64,000 nucleotides of DNA from Octopus vulgaris (taxonomy: Eukaryota), in assembly GCA_951406725.2 (NCBI GenBank), contig OX597818.1, forward strand, positions 69,130,001-69,194,000, in the 5' to 3' direction. Every line of letters begins with the position of its first letter. Positions within the stretch are counted from its first letter, which is position 1. Below the pieces are notes generated by a model that saw only the letters and a list, made by a program, of their open reading frames with translations, had not been told where the DNA came from and did not search any database. This document shows, in pieces, positions 27,261-40,760 of this stretch. The position numbers were made by a program, and so were the translations under genes.

Positions 27261-29911
27261 TAAAACAATGTAAGGCTTATTTATTCGACTTGTTTTGAAT
27301 TGATCAGGCATTATCTCATAGCTTTGAGAGTTGTGGTTGTTTATTTTCAAAATGACATTGTAGGATAGGTGTGAGAGGTCAGACCTTGTTGGTTGAATAT
27401 AAAACAGGTAAAATAATTGAGCTCGGATTTAGGTACAAGACTGGCTGAAGGTAGCAACAACTTGGTTACCTGGATCATAACATGGTAGGGACCAGCGTGT
27501 CACGTTTATAGGATCTTATAAATGTAAAAAGAAGATACAAAACTAAATCCAAATAAAAACAAAAGGCACAAATTCCTTGAACGGGGTCGAGTTTATTTTG
27601 AAAACTCTACGTAAGGGAACGCAAATGTGGAATGCAGAAACGTAAAGGTTACCTGTGCCGAGGATGAAGAGATTAATGCAGTTTTCAGTAAGAAAGTATG
27701 AAGTAAAAAAGATTGTCTTTGAGGTATTAGTTTGTAATAACCTTGATTCTTGTAAACAAGTTGGACATTCTTGCTTTCAAATAGCAACTTGAAAGGTTAT
27801 TAAGTTGTTGGTTTGGTTACAAAATCAAAGGAAAATAAAAAATGGAGTCTTTGATGTTGAATGACAAAGTCAAAGGAATTGAATTGATCAGTCATAATTG
27901 GCCAATTGAAAGGACTGCAAACGGTACAACGCAACCAAACAGGATATGATAAGTTTAACTGTTGGGGATGGTCTTATTTCAACACTTCTTATTTTGTTTC
28001 TTGTGATTGTTGATCATATGATCGCTGGCAGAATTCACTGCCGGGAGACAACAAGTACAGCAGTCAGCTATCATTTATCAATAAATACAGCTTGGTACCA
28101 TGCGTTTACCATTTGTTTTAGGTGCTTGTGTAGTCATCATGAGAAGATATGACATCCTCATGGTCCTCGCATCTTTCACCCCATGGTACATCCAAGATGT
28201 GAAGGCTGGAGGGAAAGAAGCCTGCACTGGCATCTACCTGGAGCTGGTTGTAGTGGGGATTCGAAACTAAAGCCCTAGCCAACTGATCAGACATCACGAT
28301 CAAACCACAATAGCTTCATGTGATTAGTCTACTAAGCAACCAATCAGCATCAAGCCATTGTGGGATTCAGTCTCTTAGAATCTTTTCCTTGTACCCTATG
28401 GGAAAACTGTTTTGGTACTTTAACTTTTTGTGGAATGTTGAAACCAGCCAACTTGTTCACATATCTTACTTCTTGCCATGCAGAATGTCGAGGCAGCTGC
28501 ACATTGTGTCTCCATGCCCACCACAGCCAGACAGTTAAGACAGATGGCAGAAACTTGACAAAAATCTTTGTGGTCACAAATACAGCACAATTGTTTCCGG
28601 TTATGTTGGGATGGCCAAATGTCGCTGTATCGGCAACTTGCTGGAAATTCCAAGCAATATATCTCTTTCATTTTGTAATTATTGCTGTTAATATTTAGAA
28701 AGGACCTGCACAGTTTAAAACTCTATGGCAATAATAAAACCTTGTGTTACTAGTTCAGTTACTTCTTTGTACAATCCAAGAAACACATTTTTACTCATCA
28801 ATCGAACCAGTCTTCCTCTCAGAGCAGCAACAAAACCCACTCACAACATCATTTACAGCTGAGAAAACTAAAGCAGTGTGAAAGGAAGTACTTGCTTAAG
28901 TACACAATGTGCTGCCTGGTCCAGGAAGTGAATGCACGGCCTTATGATTGTGGGCCAAACACCTTAACCTCTGGGCCCTACAACCTATCACCAGCCAAAC
29001 ACCCTAACCACTAACTCACAAACTTTCACAAGAGACAGAAGGGTCAGCTGGAATAGAATGCCTCGATAAAGCTTTGTCAGTATTAAGCAGGAGCTTGAAA
29101 CATAAATTAACGGTTTCACAGCACTTTACTCCTACGTTAGGAATTTTCAGAAGTGTAGGGCAAATAAAGACTTACTCAGGAAGCCAACAACTTCACAGCC
29201 AGAACTTTCTAAAGTATGGATATTCAGATGACTGAAAATTTCTTTGGCTTTGCCTCTTATTCCTATAATTTCTCCCTCATCTCAAATACTGAGTTAATGA
29301 ACCTTCAACTTTTTAGAAACCACACCTAAATCTCCCTCGGATTACAACAAAGTTCAATAAAGAAAACATGCATTCGTGAGATCTAAAAAATCTGGAGGAT
29401 CCTAGATTGGAAATCTTTGAGCAAAGATCAGCTGGATCAAAACCGAAGATTCAAGAAAGACAAAAAGGATGGATACATTAGAAAACATAATCCATAATAA
29501 CAGACTTTGTCAGGAAAACAAGAAGACTTTCAATGGAAGCCCCAGTATGGCCACAGTTCACAAACTGAAATTAGTGAAAGAATGAAAGAATAAATCAACT
29601 CCACTAGGACTAACCTCATACTAAAAAACACCAACAACATCAAGAACAACTGCTGTGAATGATGTCTGTTCTTTCTCTGTTCTCCATGACAACTGGTAAA
29701 TAATATCACTGATTCCCTGCTTCTAATCGATGATTTCTGCTTTCTTTGAGAGAGGGACGGACCAGACAGGGTTCGGGTGTTGGGGATAGGGCAGTATTTG
29801 TAATGCAGACCACCTTGCAGGGTTCTGTTACTAAAACATCGATTGTTAGAGGGTTGATGAGTTCACTTTTCCCAATATAATTCTAAATGATACACATGCA
29901 CCGCTAATATA

Positions 29912-30115
29912 TTCTTTCACTTGTTTCAGTCATTTTGACGGCGACCATACTGGAGCACCATCGTTAGTTGAAGAAATCGACCCCAGGACTTATTATTTGC
30001 AAGCCTAGTACTTATTCTATTGGTCTCTTTTGCTGAGCTGCTAAGTTACCGGGACATAAATCACCAGCATCAATTGTCAAGTGATGGTGGGGGGACAACC
30101 ACAAACACACACACA

Positions 30116-30179
<64 letters not shown>

Positions 30180-30332
30180 TGGCTTCTTTCAGTTTCTGTC
30201 TACCAAATCCACTGACAAGGCTTTGGTTGGCCCGAGGTTAAAATAGAAGCCACTTGCCCAAGGTGCCACACAGTGAGACTGAACCCGGAACCATGTGGTT
30301 GGTAAGCATACTACTTACCACACAGCCACTCC
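29912..30332 (-). mobile_element. SINE family B, full length (tRNA head, CORE-like block, internal microsatellite, CR1-like tail)
   Basis: Minus strand runs GAGTGGCTGTGTGGTAAG...CCGGGTTCAGTC...CCTTGGGCAAGT...GGTGCTCCAGTATGGTCG...GACTGAAACAAG. Confidence 0.85.
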
Positions 30333-30765
30333 CGAATCTATTTCTACTTTCTTTTTCTTTTTCTCTCATTTTTTCCCTTCTTTATTTTGTAGATACAGTA
30401 TATTATATAGATAAAGTTAAAACCAAGCTGTGTCCACATGAATCACATCTGCTTGTTTCGTTATTCCAAATCCATATCTGGACATTATTTTTGTCTAAGG
30501 TGTGCATAAGAGCTGAAAATCATCTTCATAATTTAGCCTGTTTTCCATGCTGTCATGGGTTGGACGGCTGACAGGAGCTGGAAAATATTCTTTACAGAGT
30601 AATTAAGTATCACTTAATTCTCTGTCAGAATTTTTTCAAATAGAAGATATCTTACATGTTTCTCATGCATGTATAATTTTGTAACACCTGTTAGCAAATG
30701 AAACATGTGTAATGGTGAATAAATAAAATCAATAGTTTTCCAATCTCCTGTTTTGATATCAATCC

Positions 30766-30814
<49 letters not shown>

Positions 30815-30818
<4 letters not shown>

Positions 30819-32785
30819 GGCCGTAAAAACAAACATAGGTAGGGAATTCTTGAAAATTAGTCTCTAGGCATTTTCAAAAGGATCATAAATTTTATAGAAT
30901 ATTTAATAGAGAACCCTTAAGATCAGCCATTCTTGCTGCAGAAACTTTGCCTCTTTCGTTAACCAACACAACAGTAAATTAATTGTTAATAAGCGTAGTG
31001 CTGATCCTCTTAAAAAATGCAATTGCAAAGATGGATCCTCCTGTCCGTTGGAAGGGAACTGTTTGGAAAAAAGAATCGTATATAGAGCCAAGGTGCAAAT
31101 AGAAGGCTCACCTGAATATAGGATTTATACAAGGGCTTCTGAAAATTCTTTTAAAACCCGATTTTATTCGCACAGAAATTCCTTTCGATACCCAGAAAAT
31201 AAGACGAAGACTAGCCTGGCGAAATATGTCTGGGAATTAAAAGAAAAAGAAGCCCGACCTTTCAAAGTGTCATGGAATATTTTAGATAGAGCGGCACTAT
31301 AGATGCATGGTACGCATAGGAGGAATTTCAAGTACGACCTAAGTTTGCTAGAGAAATATTTTATTTTATTCCTAGACATGAATTCTTTGAATCAAAGAAG
31401 CGAACTCTTGAATTCATAAAGACACGCAAATAAATTCAAAATGTCGAAAATCAATATCCCATATGGATAGCGTATATTTTTGTTTTAGGGATTTTTTTAT
31501 TCTTGGACTAGTTTTTGATCACACTGTTGGATTTGTTTCGTATTGTGCAGGTTTTATTCCGCATCGTAAAGTTTTTGTATATATTTCGATATATTTCTTA
31601 AGAAAAACCTTCGAATTATTTTATTTTATTTTATTGTATTTTATAAACCCACTTTGGTCATTTAATTTATAGATAATCCAATATAGGGTGCTATATTTTG
31701 AATGTCTTTTATCTAAAATTTTTATTATTATGCACTCAGCAATTTTAAAAAAAATAATCTTGTTTGTATATACGCCACACTCTAGACATGTTTTTATGTG
31801 AATATTTGTATTGGCATGCATATGTATTTGTAAGCATGCGTCAATATATATGTGTAAGTGAGCGTGTATGTTTGTACTTATGCACATACACACATGGGTG
31901 TATATGTATGCATGTATTCACTTGGATTTGTGTGGATGTGTTTTTACATATTTGTCTCTATGTATTTACATATGCGTTCTTATATGTGCATTTACTGCTT
32001 ATATACACTTTTATATACACATGTATACATAATCTTATTTCATGAACGTTCGTTATGCATAGTCAGACTTTTTTTCTTTCTTCTTTTCTTTCGTTATTTT
32101 TCTCTCCCTATTCGTTACTTGTATAGGGTCCTGTAACTTTACGCCCCTCTCCCATTCTCTTACTCTTTAGCTTTCTGTTGCTTATAAGATCGTTACCTTT
32201 TCTTTTCTTCCTCCTCTTTGCGTTTTACTTCTAGTCTATATATATTTACAAAGTGATTTTTGCATGCGAGCAAGATTGCATATACATATGTATACATGTA
32301 TTTGTGTGTATATTTTTGTTTTACATTTATATGTCTGTATATGTATGTGGTCTGCACATCTATCTGTGTATTTTGATGTATACATGTATATTGGTGGTTT
32401 AGTATGAGTATATACTGTTGTGAAATATTTTAATTTCAATTTTTATGTATTAATTGTATTAATCGAAATATATTTTCTACGTTATTAATGACAATATATA
32501 TTTGAATCAACTCTTCGTTTTAAGGTTTTTCCTCGATTTTTATAATTTATATTGAGCTCATTTATTTTATTTTGTTTATTTTGTTTATCGCTCGCCTATG
32601 ACCATTATTTGAAAGGACCAATGAAACAAATCCATTTTTTAAAGATGCATCGTTTAGCTAGTTTTGATCAAATTATCTCGGTTCTATTTTAACAAAACTG
32701 TCCGACGAACGGGAACGTGAAACTCCAAGTAACAGCTTTTGTTACATTTCTTTTGTTACATTTCTGCTGCATTTAAATAAAGTAT
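30815..32785 (+). mobile_element. Penelope-like element 3' portion: GIY-YIG endonuclease remnant (about 30815-31460), long AT-rich 3' region, hammerhead pLTR
   Basis: CNCKDGSSCPLEGNCLEKRIVYRAKV...YRIYTRASENSFKTRFYSH...TSLAKYVWELK...LLEKYFI...LNQRSE...RHANKF. That the remnant and the hammerhead belong to one insertion is inferred. Confidence 0.8.
32694..32740 (+). ncRNA. Minimal hammerhead motif (family 3), CCGACGA core
   Basis: aaaactgt CCGACGA acg-ggaa-cgt GAAAC tccaa GTA acagcttt. Confidence 0.75.
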
Positions 32786-32790
32786 ATATA

Positions 32791-32896
<106 letters not shown>

Positions 32897-32967
32897 CATA
32901 TACATATATATATATATGTATGTATATGTATATATGTATGTATATGTATATATGCATATATGTATAT

Positions 32968-33862
32968 CATCATCATCTTTTAACGTCCGCTTTCCATGTT
33001 AGCATGGGTTGGTCGTATGACTGAGGGCTGGTGAACCAGATGGTTCCACCAGGCTCCAATCTTGATCTGGCAAAGTTTCTACAGCTGGATGCCCTTCCTA
33101 ACGCCAACCACTCTGAGGGTGTAGTGGGTGCTTTTACGTGCCACCGGCATGGGGCCAGTCAGGCAGCACTGGCAACGACCTCGCTCTAATCTTTTACCCA
33201 TGCCACCGGCACGGATGCCAGTAAGGCGATGCTGGTAATGATCACGCTCGAATGGTGTTTTTTACGTGCCACCAGCACAGAGGCCAGATAGCCGCTCTAT
33301 CAATGATCACACTCGTATGGTGCTCTTTGCACCTCGCTAGCACGGACGCCAGTCGTCGAATTTGATTTTGATTTTTGATTTTCCTTGCTTCAACAGATCT
33401 TTGCAAGCAGTGTTTTAGTGTCCAAAGAAGGAAAGGAACGCATAAGTGAGCTGGTAACGCCCTGGCATAGGCCACGAGATTATGTTATCATTTGGCTTGC
33501 CGGATCTTCTCCCGCACGGCACATTTCCAAAAGTTTCGGTCACTAGTTATTTCCTTTGTGAGGCCCAACGTTCGAAGGTCGTGCTTCACCACTTCATCCC
33601 AGTCTTCCTGGGTCTATCTATTCCACAGGTTCCCTCAACCGCCAGTGTGTGACAATTTTTCACACAGCTGTCCTCATCCATTCTCGCCACAGGACCATAC
33701 CAGCACAGTCGTCTCTCTTGCACACCACATCTGATGCTTCTTAGGTCCAACATTTCTCTCAAGGTACTTACACTCTGTCGAGTAAGCACACTGACATTAC
33801 ACATCCATCGGATCATACTGGCTTCATTCCTTGCAAGCATGCGCATGTCCTCCACAGTCTTG
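32968..33862 (-). mobile_element. RTE-clade LINE, 5'-truncated, with complete 3' UTR
   Basis: [20 protein letters not shown]...RCGVQERRLCWYG...GTCG, then a UTR with hairpin subrepeats and a (GAT)n tail. Confidence 0.9.
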
Positions 33863-33927
33863 TGTATATATGTATGTATATGAATATATATATATTTGCA
33901 TATATATATATATATATATATACATAC

Positions 33928-34044
<117 letters not shown>

Positions 34045-34239
34045 TAGTTATCACCAAGCTAATATGGCAGTCCAGAAATATAGGACGAATGCTGCTGTTG
34101 ATTAGCTCCAAGAAGCCATCACCTCTAGCTAGCTATGTGACACTCGAACCTGTGTCCATTATAACCTTCGAGCAGGGGAGGTCAGCCGCTTCCTTTTGCT
34201 GGTCAGGCATCTGCAGACTAGTTTCAGGGTATATATATA

Positions 34240-34790
34240 TATAATGATAGAGACTACTTATATGCACTAAATGTATGTTTTTGCCAATGCTTACATCTGT
34301 ATGCTCGCTCTATAACCGTGTTTACTAGAGTATTTTTAGAAAAAATAATGAAAAATAGCTCAGAATTGCAGAGAAGACAGAATTTCTTGCCTTTGTCATA
34401 TGGTATCGAAATTGAGAGAATCAACCATTCTAAATGAAATTGTTCATTGTGGTCTTTTAAATCTCAAATCAGTTTGCTGAGATCGGTACTATTCCGTTTA
34501 TTTCTATCCCTAAATGTTTTTTTCACTTTCCTGAGGAGAAGATTGCATTGTTTATACCATTTATTCTTTTGAATAGTATCAGTGGAATTTTCGAAACATG
34601 TGTCGAAAGTAAAAATATTTGATTACACCTGCGTTAACTCCATTTTTTTATTCATATTATTCAAGATATTCAACGTAAACACGAAGTTTCTACCTTTATA
34701 AACAAGGAGTTACAACACCTTTACTTGTGAGATTTTTGCTGCCCTGGTAACTATTTATTTTTTTTTCCGTGTTAATTGTTAACAAGGTAA
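34240..34790 (+). mobile_element. Penelope pLTR-like repeat (family 4)
   Basis: 34240-34660 is colinear with the reverse complement of 63510-63890. It contains a hammerhead and is flanked by (TA)n. Confidence 0.7.
34525..34610 (+). ncRNA. Type I hammerhead ribozyme with intact core (family 4)
   Basis: actttc CTGAGGA gaagattgcattg...cagtggaattttc GAAAC ATGT GTC gaaagt. Perfect 6-bp stem I and long stem II; predicted GUC cleavage after 34604. Confidence 0.85.
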
Positions 34791-34800
34791 AAATACACTC

Positions 34801-34880
<80 letters not shown>

Positions 34881-34915
34881 GTATATATATATACATATAT
34901 ATATGTATATATATG

Positions 34916-34996
<81 letters not shown>

Positions 34997-35688
34997 GTAG
35001 ATATACACTTATATACATTCAGATATATTTGCACAAACGCATACACGTGTGCGTGTGTGTTTGCGTGTGTGAAAGATATTAAGAAGCTATGCAAATTATA
35101 TAAAGACTGAAAGAACATAATATTCTTGTTGTTGCTGTTGCGGTTTCTTTTCATTGTGGCTGTAAAGACGACTGATGAATACATACACATCCATGCTCTT
35201 TTCTGTGCCATTCATATTTCGGAGTCTTGCTGTCTGCCTTCCATTCAACTCTGCACCGTTTGACTGCAATACACATTATTTATATACACTCAGTGAGTTA
35301 TTCTACACCAAGTTGCCATAACACGACGTAAATACCCAATATGATGCATCTTGTTTGACAGATGTAGAGTTTTTACTAATGCAGTTCTATGAATTATTCA
35401 TGCCCCTCACATCCCCTTCAAGGTATCCAGTGGATGGAAATGGTTTAATTTAGCATTCTTTGAATAATTACTGCAACATAAATCTGAGAATTTCTACACC
35501 ATTTACATCCTCATCTCCTATTCATAATATGCGGCTGGCATCGAATATGAAACGGATTTGGAGAGCTTTCTAGACTCCTGTTTAACCCAATTTACAGAAC
35601 CATATTGTCGTATACTAAGTGCTCAGCCGATTTATCCATATCTATATATATATATGGATAGATAGATAAACAGATAGATATTTAAATG

Positions 35689-35721
<33 letters not shown>

Positions 35722-36057
35722 TTAATGTAGCTGTTAGTTATGGCCAGTCAACAACTTACCAATGGGTTTGCATCCTAGCAAAATAAGCAGCTCATGAGAC
35801 CTGCTGGCTGGAGGCACAAAACCTCTGTATTAATGAAGGTAAGAAAGCACTATTCGTCAGTCGAGGTTGTGTTACCTATATATATATATCTGTAAAATAA
35901 TATGAGTCAATTATTCAATAGCCAAGGTAAAACACTGAGTTTTGGATGCCGAGGTGGAAATCCACAACACCATCTCTTCGGTTATCTGGCCATCTGAAAA
36001 AATATTTACATAATATTGAGGTCTCTTTCTTTCTTTTGTTATCTTAACGTTTTTACC

Positions 36058-37105
36058 AATAGCCCTCTCAGACATGCCCTCAGACACGCAGAGAGCCACG
36101 ATCACAAGTTATGCAGATGATACAAAAGTTTCACAGGCAATACAGAACCCTGAAGACACTAAGCACCTGCAATGTGAGCTGGACGAAATATACAAGTGGG
36201 CTGAAAAGAATAGCATGCAGTTCAATGCTGAAAAGTTTCAAGCTTTATACTATCAGCATGCAAAACTAAATGCAATACCCAATGAATACACTGGACCCGG
36301 AGGAATAGCAATCCCAGAGGCACAATCAGTGCGTGACCTGGGTATTTACATGAGCGATGACGCAACCTTTCGTGTTCATGTTGCTAAATTGGCAATGAAA
36401 TGTAGACGACTGGCCGGATGGATTCTCAGAACCTTTAGAACAAGAGAACAAGAAACCATGATGGTCCTCTGGAGGACACTTGTCCTAAGCCACTTTGACT
36501 ATTGCTCTCAGTTATGGTCACCATCCAGTGTCAAGTTGATCACAGAGCTCGAGGCGATCCAGCGTAGCTACACGAAGAAGATAGCCTCTATGCAGAATGT
36601 AAGCTACTGGGAAAGACTCAAGAGATTAAAACTATATTCCTTGGAGCGTAGGCGGGAAAGATATGCCATAATATACATCTGGAAGATCCTGGAGGGACGT
36701 GTCCCAAACTTTGGCATCGAGAGTTACACAAATGCCAGAACTGGGCGCCACTGCGTGGTGCCTAGGACTCCAAATTTGCCATCAAGATGTAGGACAAGAT
36801 ACTGTGATAGCCTGGGCTTCCGTGGTCCACAGCTCTTCAATATCCTCCCGAAGAACCTGAGAGACCTGCATGGGGTGGATGCAGATGTCTTTAAAATGGA
36901 ACTGGATCTCTTCCTGTCAGATGTCCCAGATGAACCAACTTCACGGCAGGAGGTGCAGATGAGGGCAGCTGCATCGAACTCTCTCATGCACCAAATGGCA
37001 GTTGCTAAAAAGCTTTCGTGAAGTAAAACCAAGTAGCAACACCAAATGGCGGTGCTCCAGCATGGCCACAGCTCATGAGCTGAAACTAGAATCAATCAAT
37101 CAATC
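36058..37105 (+). mobile_element. CR1-clade LINE, 5'-truncated, with uninterrupted RT C-half (ORF 36074-37021)
   Basis: YADDTK, LQCELDEIYKWAEKNSMQFNAEK, RDLGI, DYCSQLWSP, YWERLKRLKLYSLERRR; 3' stem-loop and (ATCA)n tail. Confidence 0.92.
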
Positions 37106-37127
37106 ATATATATATATATATATATAT

Positions 37128-37325
37128 AGGCGCAATGACCCAGTGGTTAGGGCAGCAGACTCGCGGTCGTAGGATCGCGTTTTCGATTCCCAGAAAGGGG
37201 TGTTGTGAGTGTTTATTGAGCGAAAACACCTAAAGCTCCATGAGTCTCCAGCGTACCCTACTAAATGGCGGTGCCCCAGCATGGCCTCAGCTCAAGAGCT
37301 GAAACTGGAAAACATAAACAAACAT
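37128..37325 (+). mobile_element. SINE family C head joined to a CR1-type tail
   Basis: GGCGCAATGACCCAGTGGTTAGGGCAGC...TTCGATTCCC (A and B boxes), then AAATGGCGGTGCCCCAGCATGGCC...GCTGAAAC. Confidence 0.8.
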
Positions 37326-37330
37326 AAAAC

Positions 37331-37372
<42 letters not shown>

Positions 37373-37425
37373 TAGTCCAACCCATACCAGCATGGAAGTG
37401 GACGTTAAACAATGATGATGATATA

Positions 37426-37622
37426 TAGTTGGAATTTACAAAAAAAATCAAAACAAAAGAAAAGATGAAGACAGGTCTGTAAACAACAAATATTAACTTA
37501 AGGCTCGGGACATGAGTAAGTCTTTTATAATCCGAACCTATGCTCTTCAACAGAAAGGAACACAGAAATAAACAGACGGGAAAATAAAAAAAGGTTTAGT
37601 GGCTAGCAATCAATCATGACGA
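37426..37622 (-). mobile_element. Family-2 hammerhead repeat (motif 37522-37557, degenerate)
   Basis: Homologous to 6397-6588. Confidence 0.7.
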
Positions 37623-38124
37623 ATATATATGTGTGTGTGTGTGTGTATACATTTATATAGATATTTTAGTATACGTATGCATTGCCTCGTTTAATATAAT
37701 GAGTGATTATTCTAGATTCTTCTTAGTTACATTAACGTTGTCAGTCATTTATAAAAGTTGAAAATTAAGGAAATCGAAACTTTGCTGAAAGTGTGACTTA
37801 GATATGAATGCCAAGACCTTATTTTAGCATTGCAACGAGAACAATTTGTTGGGTTCAAAACGTTGAAGATACTTTGTAGATAATCCAGGGTTGATTTCTT
37901 TGTAATGACTTATTTGGCTGTAAATATTTTCAAACAAAGATATTCTTCAGGAGAGGTCCTGTTCAGTAACTGGAAACAAAATATTTCTTTAAGCATTTTG
38001 TCATCATTCTATTCAACAACCAATATCAAATATATCGAATGCGATAAGTCTCTAAGGGCCTACAAAAGCATAGACTATGGGTCTGTCTCCCCAAACGAAA
38101 TACTACCAAAATAACAGGGATTTC

Positions 38125-38470
38125 TTGGCTGTATGGTAAGAACCATGGAGTTTGCTTCCCGTCCACATGGTTCTGGGTTCAGTTCCAATGTGTGGTACTT
38201 TGGGCAGGTGTCTTCAACTATAGCTTCGGGCCAACAAAGACCTTGTGAGTGGGTTAGGTACACAGAAACTGAGAGAAGTCCATCTAATGTGTGTGTGTGA
38301 GTGTGTGTGCATGTGTGTGTTGGGGTGGGGGAGGTTACACCCCCATAACTTAAAAGTTCAGCAAAAGAGACCAACAGAATAAGTACCAGGCTTTAAAAAG
38401 ATAGGTCTTGGGATTGATTTGTTTGACTAGAATTCTTTACGGTGATGCTCCAGAATGGCTGCACTCTAAT
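38125..38470 (+). mobile_element. SINE family B, near full length
   Basis: Head, CORE-like block and GATGCTCCAGAATGGC tail. Confidence 0.8.
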
Positions 38471-39149
38471 GCCTTCCAGTTTTTCTCTTCCAAAATTAGA
38501 ATATATTCATCACCTTGAGGCTGCTATAATAGACAACACTAACTGGCAGCATCCTAGTGCTGGGTGTGAACCACAGACCTCATGATTCAAAGGAGGACAT
38601 CTAACCCACACAGCCACACCTGCAAGGAAATTACGATCGACAGTAATGTGATCGCTACATCACATCTGTCAATTAACAAAGAAATTCTTCCTTTAATATT
38701 ATCAATAATGTTTCCCTGAATGAAATTACCGAATGGCTAAGTTGTTTTTTTGTAATATTTTTCTGTTTTCTTTTTACCAAAGCTGTTGCATATGATCAAA
38801 GCCATTGAAGATGACGTTGGAATATTTGTGGAATGCGATGACCAAACAGTCAACATTAACATCGAAATAAATGTCAAACAAACGTTGAACTAACAAAATG
38901 GGAAATATTTTCTGAAAGTTTCTGCAAAGTATAATAGAATATAAACCTTAATAGCGACATTTTTATGCTTCAATATTTGCCTCAGAAAGTTAAATTCTAT
39001 GACGTTATTTGTTGCCATCTGTAGCCAACAGAATTAGCAAAGTGCAACATTTAAATATTTATTATGCAGTATGTAAATAATTTAAAATCATCATCACTAT
39101 CATTTACTAATGCCCCATTATTTCATTTCATTGTTATTATTATTATCAT

Positions 39150-39763
39150 TATTATTCAGTAATTTTATTTTTATAGCGTGCTTTCACTTCACTACCGAGC
39201 GCAGCTCTGTGTGTCTTGGGTATGTGCTGTGGCTTGCTGTGATGCTCTTATGGTTACTGTATTGAAATTGCTTTACGTAGGATGTGTGCGGTGCCTAGTA
39301 GTGCAATTTTCTGTATGTTATATATATTTGTAAGTCCTGGTGCTTTTGTTATGTATTTGTCTGAATATTTTTTTATCATATCTAATGTGCCCACTATGAT
39401 TGGAATTCTTTCTGTTTTTAGATTCCACATTCGATTTACCTCTATTTCCAGGTCTTTGTATTTTGAAAGTTTCACCATTTCTTTTAGAGACACGTTGTCA
39501 TCTGCTGGTATTGATACATCAATAAGAAAGCATTTTTTTCTTCGTGATCTCTGACAACTATATCTGGCCTGTGGGCCTTAATTTCTCTATCTGTGTATAT
39601 CGGCATATCCCAGAGTATGGTTGCTTTCTCGTTTCCTGTGACCTTTTCTGGCATGTGCTTACACCATCTATTTCTGTGGTTATTCCATAGTGTTAGCATA
39701 GCTTTCAGTGTATGTAGGTCGCAATTCTGTCGTGTCTGTGAGTATATTCCTTCTTAGCCAATT
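39150..39763 (-). mobile_element. R4/Dong-clade LINE 3' fragment (endonuclease and 3' UTR ending in TAA repeats)
   Basis: ILWDMPIYTDREIKAHRPDIVV, KLSKYKDLEIEV, PIIVGTL, IQKIALLGTAHILRK. Confidence 0.9.
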
Positions 39764-39874
39764 CCTTCTTCTTCTTCTTCTTCTTCTTCTTCTTCTTCTT
39801 CTTCTTCTTCTTCTTCTTCTTCTTCTTCTTCTTCTTCTTCTTCTTCTTCTTCTTCTTCTTCTTTTATTAATATT

Positions 39875-39909
<35 letters not shown>

Positions 39910-39940
39910 GTCATCATCATCATCTTCATCATCATCAATG
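39764..39940. repeat. (CTT)n-(CAT)n repeat
   Basis: Directly visible. Confidence 0.95.
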
Positions 39941-40357
39941 AAGTATATTGTATCTTAGACTACAATAACCACAAGAACAAGAACAACCACATCCTCCTCA
40001 TCGTCATTGATGTCATCACCACCATCTGTACTATCACCACAACCACTACCACTAAGACCACCATCGTCATCAATATCACTCTCAATGTCATAGTCATCAC
40101 CCCTGTCACCCCACCCAACCCACAGACATCTTCATAACTGTTGTTGTTGTTGTTACGGTGTTTATTTTCCATGTTTGCATGGTAAGACGAAATTATTTCA
40201 TGCAGCTTTTCTATGGCTGTATGCTCTTCCTGTTGCTAACCCTCACCTGCAATCAAGCAACGTAATATTTCCCATAATCCTCTGAGCACAAACAGCTCAA
40301 TGGCCTGTCATATTTTAATGGAAGATTGCACATTCTTGACACTGTTTGCATTGCACT

Positions 40358-40760
40358 CTTCTACTCTTCCATTTGTTTCAATCATGTGACTGTGGCCATA
40401 CTGGAGCACTGTCTTTAGTGGAGCAAATCAACCCCAGGACTTATTCTTTGTAAGCCTAGTACCTATTCTATCAGTCTCTTTTGCCAAACCACTAAGTTAC
40501 GGGGACGTAAACACACCACCACCAGTCATCAGGCGATGTTGGGGGAACAAACACAGACACACAAACATATACACTCATATCTATATACATATATATATAC
40601 GATGGGCTTCTTTCAGTTTCTGTCTACCAAATCCACTCACAAGGCTTTGGTCGGCCCGAGGCTGTAGTAGAAGACACTTGCCTGAGGTGCAACGCAGTGA
40701 GACTGAACCCAGAACCATGTGGTTGGTAAGCAAGCTACTTACCACACAGCCACTCCTGTG
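40358..40760 (-). mobile_element. SINE family B, full length
   Basis: Colinear with 29912-30332. Confidence 0.88.

Noticed and set aside
27430-28760. Short ORFs in non-microsatellite sequence as host exons or a transposase
   Set aside because: No recognisable motif or consistent frame; may be an old unclassified repeat.
30595-30626. Small hairpin ACAGAGTAATTAAGT-ATC-ACTTAATTCTCTGT
   Set aside because: Real but short and AT-rich; too small for a pre-miRNA, and no function can be supported.
33125-33355. CRISPR-like repeat-spacer array
   Set aside because: The whole unit is homologous between repeats (no unique spacers), the context is a eukaryotic LINE UTR and there are no cas genes.
35130-35640. 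Possible decayed DNA-transposon ORF
   Set aside because: Multiple stops, no TIRs and no diagnostic catalytic motif seen.
35815-35875. Minus-strand CTGACGA flanked by aacctc/gaggtt
   Set aside because: No GAAA or cleavage triplet in register.
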